Of a stretch of DNA of 64,000 nucleotides, positions 23,644 through 33,800 are shown piece after piece. The stretch lies in assembly GCA_035444565.1 (NCBI GenBank), contig DAOMOX010000001.1:59987-123986 (forward strand), written 5' to 3'. The notes below the pieces were generated by a model. It had not been told where the DNA came from. It did no database searches and saw nothing but the letters and a program-made list of their open reading frames with translations. The number at the start of each line of letters is the position of its first letter. The stretch's first letter is position 1. The DNA is from Candidatus Dojkabacteria bacterium (lineage in GTDB: Bacteria > Patescibacteriota > Dojkabacteria > B142 > OLB20). The translations under genes were made by a program, and so were the position numbers.

Positions 23644-25461
23644 ATGGCAGAAAAACAATCAAGTTTCATTCAGGTTAAGAATATCAATTCGGGAGGAATT
23701 GCAGAAAGTATTTTTCAGGGACCACCTAATTCAGTTGCTGAGGCAGTTGGACTAGATCTTCATTCAGTTCCTGGAGAAATTAGAGTCAATCAAGCACCAG
23801 TTAAAGCAAGTAGTACAGTTGTTACAGAGTTTTGTAAGGTGTCAATTGCACTATCAACTGGACAAGTATTATTCTTCAGTAGTTCATCAGGGAAGATATG
23901 GTTAGAAGGTAGTCCTTATACCCTACTCGATACAACAGCCCCTACAAATGGTAGTGCAGGATGTAGCGGAGCTTGTGAGTATGATGGTTATCTATATTGG
24001 GCTACACAAAACTATATTCATAGGATAAGAATAGATAAGATAGCTACATTCTCTACAGACAAAGAGGAGAATTGGGGAGAGTTACATCTAGACCAGGAAG
24101 AAATGGGAGGGACTGGACAGTCATACACTCTTCAAACATCAGTTAATGAGGGAGAAACACATAAAATCCCGATTAATTTCCATGAAAGAATACAGTATGG
24201 AATTGGAATACAGGTATTGGCTAAAGGTACTGGAGACTGGACAATAACACTTCATGATGAAGATAACAACTCTATCACCTCTAAAACAGTTACAAATGCT
24301 AGTTTAGCTAATGGATGGAATTATTTACTTTGGACTACTCAGCTAACAGTTGATAGAAGTTTGAATTATCACATACACATACATTCAACTGTAGCGGATG
24401 GGACAATGAACACACTAACAGGGAATGATTTAGCACAAGGGAGTGTGAAGATTTTCACATTAGGGGACCCCGATTATCATCAAATGAAGATACAGAATCA
24501 AACCCTATACCTTGCAGATAGACATTACATTCACCAAGTGGGAGAGAATGAGGGAGTACATATATTCACTAATTGGGCGTTGGACCTTACAGAACCTCAT
24601 AGGATTAAATGTTTAGGTAAATCCCCTGGAACAGACTTAATAATAGGAACTCATGTAGACAACGGAGTAGAAGAGGTACAAGTGGCGGTATGGGATACAT
24701 TCTCTGAGGCACCAATATTCATTGACCCAGTAAAAGAAAGATCTATTCATACATTCCTAGAGCTTGATAATGGATTATTAGCAATAGCAGGTGATAGGGG
24801 TAGAGTATACGAATACAACAATTATAGACTACAGAAGAGAAAGTCTATTCCTGGAGAATATTCACCATCAAAGTATGTAACAGTTCATCCTGAGGCAGGT
24901 ACAGTATTAGATGGTTTGCCAATATGGGGAGTATCTAATGGGACAGGTAATCCATGCAAACAAGGGGTTTACAGTTATGGAAGTAAAAATCCAGCCTATC
25001 CATTCATACTAAATCTTGAGTTTGTAATATCCGAAAGGAGTGGAAGTGATTTTGTTACTAGTAATATCGAGATAGGAAGTTTACTTGCTAAAGGAAACGA
25101 CTTGTACATAACATGGAAAAATGGCTCCTCTTATGGTGTAGACAAGCTAGATTATAATACTAAACTCAACGGAGCCTATTTTACTACACGAGCATTATTC
25201 ATCAGTAGAATCTATAGAGATGTATTCAAAAATATATATCTACCCTATAAATCACTACCTGCTAATACAAACATAGGAGTACAGAAGAGTATCCGATATG
25301 GTTCATATTCTAGCTGGAATGATGTTCGTAACGACACCGACAACTACATGATGGTTAGCCACAACGAAGAGAAGGCTAATATTATGCAGATTAAAGTTTC
25401 ATTTACAACAAGTGGGAACAATGCCCCCATACTTGAAGAATTATTAGTTGAAATAGCATGA
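23644..25461 (+). CDS. tail structural protein (beta-propeller nozzle/stabilisation-like)
   Basis: 605-aa beta-rich protein in tail block. Confidence 0.6.
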   Translation: MAEKQSSFIQVKNINSGGIAESIFQGPPNSVAEAVGLDLHSVPGEIRVNQAPVKASSTVVTEFCKVSIALSTGQVLFFSSSSGKIWLEGSPYTLLDTTAPTNGSAGCSGACEYDGYLYWATQNYIHRIRIDKIATFSTDKEENWGELHLDQEEMGGTGQSYTLQTSVNEGETHKIPINFHERIQYGIGIQVLAKGTGDWTITLHDEDNNSITSKTVTNASLANGWNYLLWTTQLTVDRSLNYHIHIHSTVADGTMNTLTGNDLAQGSVKIFTLGDPDYHQMKIQNQTLYLADRHYIHQVGENEGVHIFTNWALDLTEPHRIKCLGKSPGTDLIIGTHVDNGVEEVQVAVWDTFSEAPIFIDPVKERSIHTFLELDNGLLAIAGDRGRVYEYNNYRLQKRKSIPGEYSPSKYVTVHPEAGTVLDGLPIWGVSNGTGNPCKQGVYSYGSKNPAYPFILNLEFVISERSGSDFVTSNIEIGSLLAKGNDLYITWKNGSSYGVDKLDYNTKLNGAYFTTRALFISRIYRDVFKNIYLPYKSLPANTNIGVQKSIRYGSYSSWNDVRNDTDNYMMVSHNEEKANIMQIKVSFTTSGNNAPILEELLVEIA

Positions 25462-25730
25462 AAATAATTAATAACAAAGTGTTTACTGATATTGGAGATT
25501 TCAATCCGATGGAGAGGGACCAGGACATTCAGTCAGGGGACCAGAACAATTTCCTTTCAAACACAAGAAAGCTAACGATTGGAGAGGGTTCAGCAAGTAT
25601 TAAGATGGGAAAAGAGGGTTTATGGAGTGGTAGTAGAACGTTTATTACAGCACCATTCAGGATGGATATAAACGGAAACATGACCTGGAATGATGGTACT
25701 ACAGATAGAATGTATATCGGACGGGTTTGA
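25458..25730 (+). CDS. small tail protein
   Basis: 'APFRMDINGN' beta-repeat typical of tail proteins. Confidence 0.6.
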   Translation: MKIINNKVFTDIGDFNPMERDQDIQSGDQNNFLSNTRKLTIGEGSASIKMGKEGLWSGSRTFITAPFRMDINGNMTWNDGTTDRMYIGRV

Positions 25731-25756
25731 AAAGGTTCAAAAGTATTTGAAAGTCT

Positions 25757-25783
25757 TTAGGACTGTTAAGGACTGTTAAGGAC
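25757..25783. repeat. short tandem repeat (AGGACTGTTA x2.5)
   Basis: ttaggactgttaaggactgttaaggac. Confidence 0.7.
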
Positions 25784-25795
25784 AACTTACAAAAC

Positions 25796-27919
25796 ATGAA
25801 TGAGTTCAAAATAGAAACAGGTACAATAACGCTATCAGATACTATCGATAATGGGATAGAGCAAACTATCACGTTCAAATTCCATTACGTAGACCCTATC
25901 ATAGTGGCATATATCGCTACTAGAAATAATGGAGAATCTATTGATGTTAGAGTTCATGATGTAACAAGTAACAGTTGTAAGATTTATACTCAAGAACCTA
26001 GCCTCGGTACACATGGGACCGAAGATATTAATTACATGATTGTAGAGGCTGGAGAGTGGACACTACCTTCAGGCAAGAAAATTAAAGCTGGAAAAACTTC
26101 AACACAACATCAACATTACTCAGGAAATTCTTATTTAGGGGATAAAATTACATTTTCAGATGCATTTTCAACAGCTCCAGTAGTGATACACCAAATTTCG
26201 AGCCAAAATAGCCCTAATTTCTGTAGTAGTGCCATATTGAGTATTGCATCAACTGGTTTTGAAATAACACAAGAAAAAGGCGGTACAGCTACCGACCTTT
26301 CAGTAGAAACTATAAATTGGATTGCATTTGAGAATACTGGAGGAAATTTTGTGTTTGATCATGGACAAACTGTAAAAATGGAAGTTGACGTTGAGAACAA
26401 TGGATTTTCTGATGGTATAGATAATACTTATCATGAATACACTTTTACTAATACTTACACTTCCACCCCTTATGTAATAGCTAAGATGAATAGTTCTAAT
26501 GATACAGATGGAGCATGGAGTAGAGCCTCAGCTACAGCAACTAACACAACAAGGACAAGAGTATATGCTGAAGAGGACCAGGTGGGAGATAGTGAGAGGA
26601 GCCATAATGACGAGAGTTTCGGGTTCGTTGTTTTCTCTAAACATATTGCATGGAGAGATTGCCTTTCATCTAATGGGTTTAAGATGGAAGTAGGACAAGT
26701 AAATAGTGAGGGTTCGATATACGACCACTCGGTGTTTGTAGAGTTCCAGAATAACTATATAAATCCAATAGTTGTAGCCTTTATTCAAACCAGGAATAAT
26801 ACAGGTTCAATGATAGTTCAAACACTTATAGATGATAGTTTAGAGGGCTATCAGTTCGCCTCATTGTATCTTATCAATATGAGAGATGAAGTGGGTTTAA
26901 GTAAAGGCTTTATAGTAAACATTCAAAATGCTAGTGCATCCTTAGGAGCAAATGCTGAAAAGATTTCCTACATAGTGGTAGAGGCTGGAGACTGGACATT
27001 ACCCAATGGGTTACATATCCAAGCAGGAAAAGCATCTAGTTTAGAATACCATGAGACAGTAGAGGCTTATACAGGTACAACAATACCATTTTATAGCGCT
27101 TTCAGTTCTACCCCTATTCTATTACATAGTTGCGGTGCTAGTTGGTACACAAACGGAACTGTATTAGGTTTTGGAGTAACTACCACAAACTTCAAGTGTG
27201 TAATTGAGAAGGCTGGTTTAACAACATCAAACGGATATTCAGATGTTCCTTGTTATATGAATTGGATTGCTATTGATGATGCAAATGGTTCATTTACACT
27301 ACATGATTCTATTGACTTACTAATGGAAACAAAGAAAGGTTCTCCAGGTGTGAATTGTGGTGTAGATGATACTGCTTATGTTATCAATTATGCTAACACT
27401 TATAGTGTAGCCCCCATAGTAATTGCATCTCAAAATACTGGTAATGGTTCTGATGGTGGATGGGCGAGAGGTTCAGGTACAAACTCAACAACACAGTTCG
27501 GCATTTATTCAGAAGAGGACCAAATATCAGATAGTGAGAGGGCGCATACTAGCGAGACTTTCTCTTTTGTTGTTTTCGAGTCTACATTTAGTCTAGACCT
27601 TACAGAAGAAACTATCACACCTCCATTAGACTACACCATTAAAATATCCCTGGAAGGTAATTCCGTAAACAATGAGAATTTACCAGAGTATGCTCATGCG
27701 ATTATTGATAACAGACAAGCATTAAAAGAAGTTAGTTCAGGTTTATCAGACCAAGATATTGATATAGGTTATTCATTAGGGATGCCCCTTGCTATGTCCT
27801 TTACACGTTCAGGAAACTATAGGTTCGGATTAGTGGGTACAGAATTGGATATGTCCGACCTTCTAAGCCCCTCAGAAGGCTTTTATAGAATATTTTACAA
27901 TAACACTAAAACAGGATGA
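25796..27919 (+). CDS. receptor-binding protein with tandem H-type-lectin-like repeats (two-fold internal duplication)
   Basis: Repeated 'P.V.A.I.T.N', 'VEAG.WTLP.G', 'EEDQ..DSER.H..E.F'. Confidence 0.75.
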   Translation: MNEFKIETGTITLSDTIDNGIEQTITFKFHYVDPIIVAYIATRNNGESIDVRVHDVTSNSCKIYTQEPSLGTHGTEDINYMIVEAGEWTLPSGKKIKAGKTSTQHQHYSGNSYLGDKITFSDAFSTAPVVIHQISSQNSPNFCSSAILSIASTGFEITQEKGGTATDLSVETINWIAFENTGGNFVFDHGQTVKMEVDVENNGFSDGIDNTYHEYTFTNTYTSTPYVIAKMNSSNDTDGAWSRASATATNTTRTRVYAEEDQVGDSERSHNDESFGFVVFSKHIAWRDCLSSNGFKMEVGQVNSEGSIYDHSVFVEFQNNYINPIVVAFIQTRNNTGSMIVQTLIDDSLEGYQFASLYLINMRDEVGLSKGFIVNIQNASASLGANAEKISYIVVEAGDWTLPNGLHIQAGKASSLEYHETVEAYTGTTIPFYSAFSSTPILLHSCGASWYTNGTVLGFGVTTTNFKCVIEKAGLTTSNGYSDVPCYMNWIAIDDANGSFTLHDSIDLLMETKKGSPGVNCGVDDTAYVINYANTYSVAPIVIASQNTGNGSDGGWARGSGTNSTTQFGIYSEEDQISDSERAHTSETFSFVVFESTFSLDLTEETITPPLDYTIKISLEGNSVNNENLPEYAHAIIDNRQALKEVSSGLSDQDIDIGYSLGMPLAMSFTRSGNYRFGLVGTELDMSDLLSPSEGFYRIFYNNTKTG

Positions 27920-28464
27920 GTAATTATGCTATAAAAATATCACAACAGGGAAAGGATATACACCTTGCAGACTATAACGAATTACGTTTCACTTCTGAAT
28001 TTCCCGCTTTGAAGGTGGGGCAAAGTGGATATCATCAAGTATTACTTGCTAGACAAATAGATCCTACATTACAGATGACACCAGTTCTTTATGCTCAAGT
28101 AAAAATCCCTCACAATGTGGGAAAAACACCAATGTTCATAGCATATACACAACACCATACAATAGCGGAAACATCTACAAAAGTTGAGAGTTTCAAACAA
28201 TTCAGTTGGACCGACATACTAAGCATTGATGCAACATATGATTATATTGAAATTACAAATGAGTACAAAGCATACACCGATGATAAATATATCTACTTCA
28301 CCTGGACCATTACATCCCCTACTGATTTATACGAAAGATTAGACTTCTTTTACTTTATCTTTGAAGAACCACAAGCACAGAATGAATACAATATAGTTGG
28401 AGATGGATTTGCAGGTAATTCTATAGTTGGACAAGGCATAGTAGCAAAACCTTTTAATTCTTAA
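27916..28464 (+). CDS. tail-associated protein
   Basis: 'IKISQQGKD...FTSEFP.LK', 'HNVGKTP'. Confidence 0.65.
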   Translation: MSNYAIKISQQGKDIHLADYNELRFTSEFPALKVGQSGYHQVLLARQIDPTLQMTPVLYAQVKIPHNVGKTPMFIAYTQHHTIAETSTKVESFKQFSWTDILSIDATYDYIEITNEYKAYTDDKYIYFTWTITSPTDLYERLDFFYFIFEEPQAQNEYNIVGDGFAGNSIVGQGIVAKPFNS

Positions 28465-28473
28465 TATGTAAAA

Positions 28474-29232
28474 ATGAATATACCAGACCTAATAAGAGTA
28501 GCAGGAAATTATATTAGAACCTCTACTACTACAGCTTTTGATAATAATGATTTAACCTTTGATGTTTACGACCCTACAAAAATAGAAAGTGAAGGAGGAT
28601 TACTAGAGGTTCAATACGATGTCCCTCATAAGAGAGAAGTAGTATATGTAGTTTCCAAATCAGGGAATACATTAACTATTGCGGATGATGGAAGAGGATT
28701 ATATGGTACAAACGCACAGGACCATCCAGCCAATTCTAAGGTGAGAGATTTTTTTGTATCGGACCATATCAATCAATTTACTTCTACTGTATTAGGAATA
28801 ATATATCCTATTGGAAGTATCTATATATCCACTAACTCATCATTACCAACTTACATATCAGCATTGGGTACTTGGACAACATTCGGGGCAGGAAGAGTTT
28901 TAGTAGGTAGAGATAGTGGAGATACAGACTTTGACACCGCAGAAGAAACAGGAGGACAAAAGACAACACGACATGCCTATCCTATCACAGCATTAAATAG
29001 TAGCCAATTTCAAGACCCTGGAGCCGCATATTGGACCTCAGTTCGTGGAGATATCAATTCATACTTAACTGGTGGTGGTTCATCATCAGTATCATCACAA
29101 ACAGCAGTTAGAGGAGTTGGAGGTACAGGAGGGACAACTGGTACAGGGAATACAGAAGTTACACACGATAGATATACCGCAACCAACCTACAACCATATG
29201 TAGTAGTTTATATGTGGAAAAGAACAGCATAA
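28474..29232 (+). CDS. baseplate/tail fibre protein (gp10-like C-terminal domain)
   Basis: 'IYPIGSIYIS', 'GRVLVG', 'NLQPYVVVYMWKRTA'. Confidence 0.85.
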   Translation: MNIPDLIRVAGNYIRTSTTTAFDNNDLTFDVYDPTKIESEGGLLEVQYDVPHKREVVYVVSKSGNTLTIADDGRGLYGTNAQDHPANSKVRDFFVSDHINQFTSTVLGIIYPIGSIYISTNSSLPTYISALGTWTTFGAGRVLVGRDSGDTDFDTAEETGGQKTTRHAYPITALNSSQFQDPGAAYWTSVRGDINSYLTGGGSSSVSSQTAVRGVGGTGGTTGTGNTEVTHDRYTATNLQPYVVVYMWKRTA

Positions 29233-29702
29233 TGTTTGGAGCCAACATATCACAACTGAATAGCAACGTAAACGATGATAATTACCAGGATAAGGTATTC
29301 TCATCAATCAAGCCCTCATTTCTTATTAGAGGTAAAATCTCTATACCACTTACTACTTACGATACTGGAAACTATGCTCAGATTGTTTATACACACAATT
29401 ACGGATATATACCTAACGTGATGGTATTCACTCATACCATGTCAGATAAGTATATCAACATACCTTCAACATGGGGAGAATATTATAATGATCCAGAAGG
29501 GTTAGTAATTGTATCTACTGAAGAGAGTTTCAATTGTTTTGCAGATTCTGTAGCGGTATACATAGAGGCTAGAGTTCATAGATTAGGTTTATATAGAGAG
29601 TTCAATTGGGACACTATGGTGTGGGACGAAACACCAGTAGATGAATACATAATCTATGATTATATGTTTGAGTTAATACTTTCAATGGAGGAGGTCAGTT
29701 AG
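29232..29702 (+). CDS. tail-associated protein, similar to 27916..28464
   Basis: 'HNYGYIP', 'VFSS'; ATG coupled to upstream TAA. Confidence 0.6.
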   Translation: MFGANISQLNSNVNDDNYQDKVFSSIKPSFLIRGKISIPLTTYDTGNYAQIVYTHNYGYIPNVMVFTHTMSDKYINIPSTWGEYYNDPEGLVIVSTEESFNCFADSVAVYIEARVHRLGLYREFNWDTMVWDETPVDEYIIYDYMFELILSMEEVS

Positions 29703-29736
29703 GTTTAGCAACGAGTCCAATAAGGGTACCCTTATT
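29701..29736. other. internal att-like site with TA core
   Basis: 20-bp identity with 58792-58811; 18-bp palindrome aataagggtacccttatt. Confidence 0.7.
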
Positions 29737-29814
29737 TTTTACCCTCTGAACGCATTGTGGGGAGTTTATTTAGCCCCTAGAAACGGTTCACCTATCCTAG
29801 TTGATACTTCCTAT

Positions 29815-30771
29815 TCATGCCTCACTATCCTGGTCATCAAAAGCAATTTGTTGTGGTTTCTTAAATTCTATATATTCTATTAAGTTGGTGATGACGTAAC
29901 TATTTAGAATTTTATTTTGATAGTCCTTTTTTTGCCTGATTTCTAAATCAACCTTTAAGACATCTTCATGAAATAACCTCAAGCTTCCATCTTTTAACTT
30001 ATTCAATAACTTTGGATCTTCAATGCTTGTTGGATAGAGAATACTTTCTCCCATATAAAAAGAGTATGCTTTGTCCTCACCAGAATACGAGCCTCGTTTT
30101 GGTTTTATATACACATTAGGGAGTTTTTGTACATTCTCTTCAACGTCTTCAAGAAGAATCTCCCCTAGATATGTCTCGAATATCTCTACATCTTGTTGTG
30201 TAACGGATAATCCACTTTCTTCACTTTCTTTATAGATTGACACTCTACTAGCATCGGGAAACCTTTTAAGAGGGATAATAACACTATTAAAATAATTAAC
30301 TTGAACTAGTGGAGACTGTACTAATCGGTGTTCCTCCATAGATACTTCAAATTTTCCTCCATCAGGCATTACATATTCAATTTTTCCGTTTTCTTTTTTG
30401 TGGAAGTTTGTTACCTTCCCTTTTGTGAACCTCAAGATGTTCATAACCCCTACTATGCCTTCTTTGGCATTAAGACCTAGGAAACTAAATAGCAACATTA
30501 AATCCTGTCCATCGCTATCTTTTAGATAGTTTAGAAGACTGCTTACAGGAGAATCTGGTTGAAAGACAAAATCGGTTATCCATGAACCCTCCCTAAATGG
30601 TTTGACCTTAACGTTAATTTTCTTGTCGTAACCCAAAATCTCTGCTGAAATCTTTATTAATTCCCCAAAACTCATTAGAATTGGTGCAATTTCAAATATA
30701 TCCACACCATTGTCGGGATCCACGCCATCTAGCCTGTATACATATTCAATTTTTTTATTATCACTAATCAT
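29815..30771 (-). CDS. moron-like hypothetical protein with its own sigma70-type promoter
   Basis: 318-aa ORF; TTGACC-17-TAACAT at 30844-30816. Confidence 0.8.
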   Translation of the reverse strand: MISDNKKIEYVYRLDGVDPDNGVDIFEIAPILMSFGELIKISAEILGYDKKINVKVKPFREGSWITDFVFQPDSPVSSLLNYLKDSDGQDLMLLFSFLGLNAKEGIVGVMNILRFTKGKVTNFHKKENGKIEYVMPDGGKFEVSMEEHRLVQSPLVQVNYFNSVIIPLKRFPDASRVSIYKESEESGLSVTQQDVEIFETYLGEILLEDVEENVQKLPNVYIKPKRGSYSGEDKAYSFYMGESILYPTSIEDPKLLNKLKDGSLRLFHEDVLKVDLEIRQKKDYQNKILNSYVITNLIEYIEFKKPQQIAFDDQDSEA

Positions 30772-30862
30772 TGTTTGTTATAGGGTTTTAGGACAACTAA
30801 TATTTGTATACTACTATGTTAACTTCTATAAAGTATGAGGTCAATTAAGATTTCGACTAAAA

Positions 30863-33800
30863 CTATTTCTTACTTTTGTTTTTATAACGAGTTTTAGTCC
30901 TATCTTTAGACCACTCTGCAAAATCTCTAGGATAATACTTAGGGTTTTCCAAACCTTCAACATTAGTTAGTATTTTTGACCGTAATTTGGAAGCCTCCTC
31001 TTGATTCTTCTCAATATCAACTTCCCTAAACTCATCTAACAAGTCGTCTACATCGTCCGTAATTGCTTTTATCCTATATATTTCTTTGATTTCTGGTTCT
31101 GTAATGTTTTCGTACTCTCCCCTATGATTTTGAACCGAAGAATATTTTTTATCATTCTCGTCACGAGTGTTATAAAAGTCTGTAATTCTTCTATCAGACG
31201 TCAACCAATAATCTCTCTGGAAAGATGTTAAAGGATTCAAATTTTCGGGTTGACCCATCAGCATTTTACTTGCACGTCCGAATGTTCCTGTAACAAAATA
31301 GTCAATCTTAATTGGGCTGAGGTTCATCATTTCGCCCAATTTTTTAGCCAAAGGTGTTGTACCTTCATTATATTGTTCGGCATTTGGTCTGTTGGATAAT
31401 CCCTGATTAACTAGAGGTCTCACTTCTGGATACTCTTTTACATTAAAAATTACATGTGTTGTAGGTTTAAAGAATTGTGGGACCCATGCTAGTGCTGCCT
31501 TAGTAGGTTCTGCTAAATTAAACTGATCTGGAATCCACGAAGTAACTAAATCTATATACTCATCAGAGTCATACTTTGTGTCAAACATAGCTTCGGAAAC
31601 TATCATGTTTAGGACCGTAGCAGGGATTGTAATTGGAGTAGGAACCCTAAATCGCCACAATCCTTTTCCAGAAGGATTGGGGAAATATATAAAGTTTGCT
31701 AACTCCTCAGGTGCCAAACCTTTATACTGTTCTTTCTGATCGTCTGATGAGTTTCTAAATAAGTAATCTAATGAAGCTAGATAGGCTGCCATTAACACTA
31801 GACCTACAAACATTATGCGTTTTCTCCCACCAGGAGTTTTAGAAACTCTTGCAAGTTGATCCAATACTTGAAGACTTGCATTAAAGAACGGAAGTCCTCG
31901 TATATAGACCGCTCCAGTAATATCAGATGATGTACTTCCCCACACACCTGTGTGATGAAAAGGTGCCGTTACACGACCTGCTTCTTCTAATGCAACTACT
32001 TGAGATTTACCTGCTTTTCTAGCTGCAACATACTCAGCAGCCCTTGTAATAATCTCACTAGCAGAAGCTGGTTTCTGTAGAATATCAAGCGCCTTAGACC
32101 CAATTAAGGTGGCTTTATCTATAAGGCTTTTCTCTGATTTAATTTTCTCAAACAACTGACTTGGTGACATTTTTTGCCAACCCATGAAGGTTTGTCTTTC
32201 ACCCCCCATTACTAGGTATTCCTCATAATACTTTGACTCAATACTATTCTTGTTGATTTTTTGTTTAATATATGTACTAAAAGGACTATAGAGGGGAATG
32301 AATTTATTGTATGAGTTCACAGATGCAGTCACCTGGTCCATGAAAAAGTTGGTTATAGTAAATGGAACAAAAGCTCCAGTAGTACCTAAAGTGAACATCC
32401 TAGAAACTGCGAGATACAATTTACTGAACTTACCAATCGATTTATAATCAAGGATATCATCTATTATTGTTTTAACCTCTTTGTTAACCAAAATAGGTTG
32501 TCTCTTGTAATTCAGTCTTGCCATTATTATGTTTGGATCTTTCTCTTGCGGATATGTTACCTTCTCGGAGCTTTTATCATAGAGAATTTTTAATTCTTGT
32601 TCCTGGAAGATATTCGGAATTGCCGCTGAACTACCAAGACCCCCTATGCGGTTATATACAACCTGTCTCATAGACTTCCTGACTATTTCCGAATGGTTAA
32701 TCATGGAGGAGTAAATAGGATTAATGATAGTTCTCTCTGATCCTGTTCTTCTCATAAGAGATGAAATCTTGGTCTTTTTAACCTTACTAGTTGAGGGGAT
32801 GTCTGTTTCTCCAACCAACTCATCATAAAACTGTCTTTTGAATGATGCGTAACCTTGGGTGTTGTTAAGTTTATCGAAAGTTGCTTTGTCTATTAGTTGG
32901 ACTTCTGGGTTGTGTAATAATTCTAAATCAGCCTTAACTAGTGAATCAAACATTTTCTCCTCATATTTATATGCTTCAGAGTTCTGTTTATAGGCATCGT
33001 CTACAACCTGTCGTGAGAAACCATCATTATCAAGTACAGACTTAAACTCTTCATATTCTTTTTCTAGTTTTTGTAATAACCTATTGGTCTCTCTTTTAAA
33101 GCGCTCAAGGTTCATGGCGGTATACTCGGGCTTACCATTTTTGATGGTACTAGGGATTATTTCAATCCCATAATCTTCCTCTAACATGGACTTTAAATCC
33201 CTGTTAAATCTAGATAACTTATTAGGCTCGGTTATTTTATTTAGTGCCTTAACAATCACCTCTAGTTGACCTTTTCTGTTCCCTAATAGATCTAACTCTT
33301 TGTACAGAAAGTGCTGTCTTCTAGCTACTAAATAATATCCAAAACTATCAGCTCTGTTATTCTTTTCTAATCTGTCTATTAAAGTCTTCCAATTATATTC
33401 ATATTTCTTTTGAAAACCCGATTCTAAGTCTGTAAATGCCCAATACCCACGTTTAGTAGAGATATTATTTCCAACTATTCCATTTACTGCCGAATATGCC
33501 CTTGCCCATAAAGATGGATCAATCGACTTATTATCAATCCCCGCTTTCTTGGCTATAACCTCTAATGGATACACCTTATCTGCTAATTGTTGCCTCAACC
33601 TTTCTTGTGAGGTGAAGAAGCTCTTGCGATCTATTCCAGTATCATCACTAGAAACTCTCGTTCCAATCTTATCTAACGACTCCAGACCTTGATAATCTGC
33701 TACTAATTGGTTTAAATCTTCTAACATTTTCCCAATTGTGGGTTCATAGTATTCTCCCTTTGGTTTAAGAAACTCATTAACTAGTAAAGGATATTCTGTC

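Noticed and set aside
20508-29702. Diversity-generating retroelement acting on tail genes
   Set aside because: No reverse transcriptase, and I saw no template/variable repeat pair differing at adenines.
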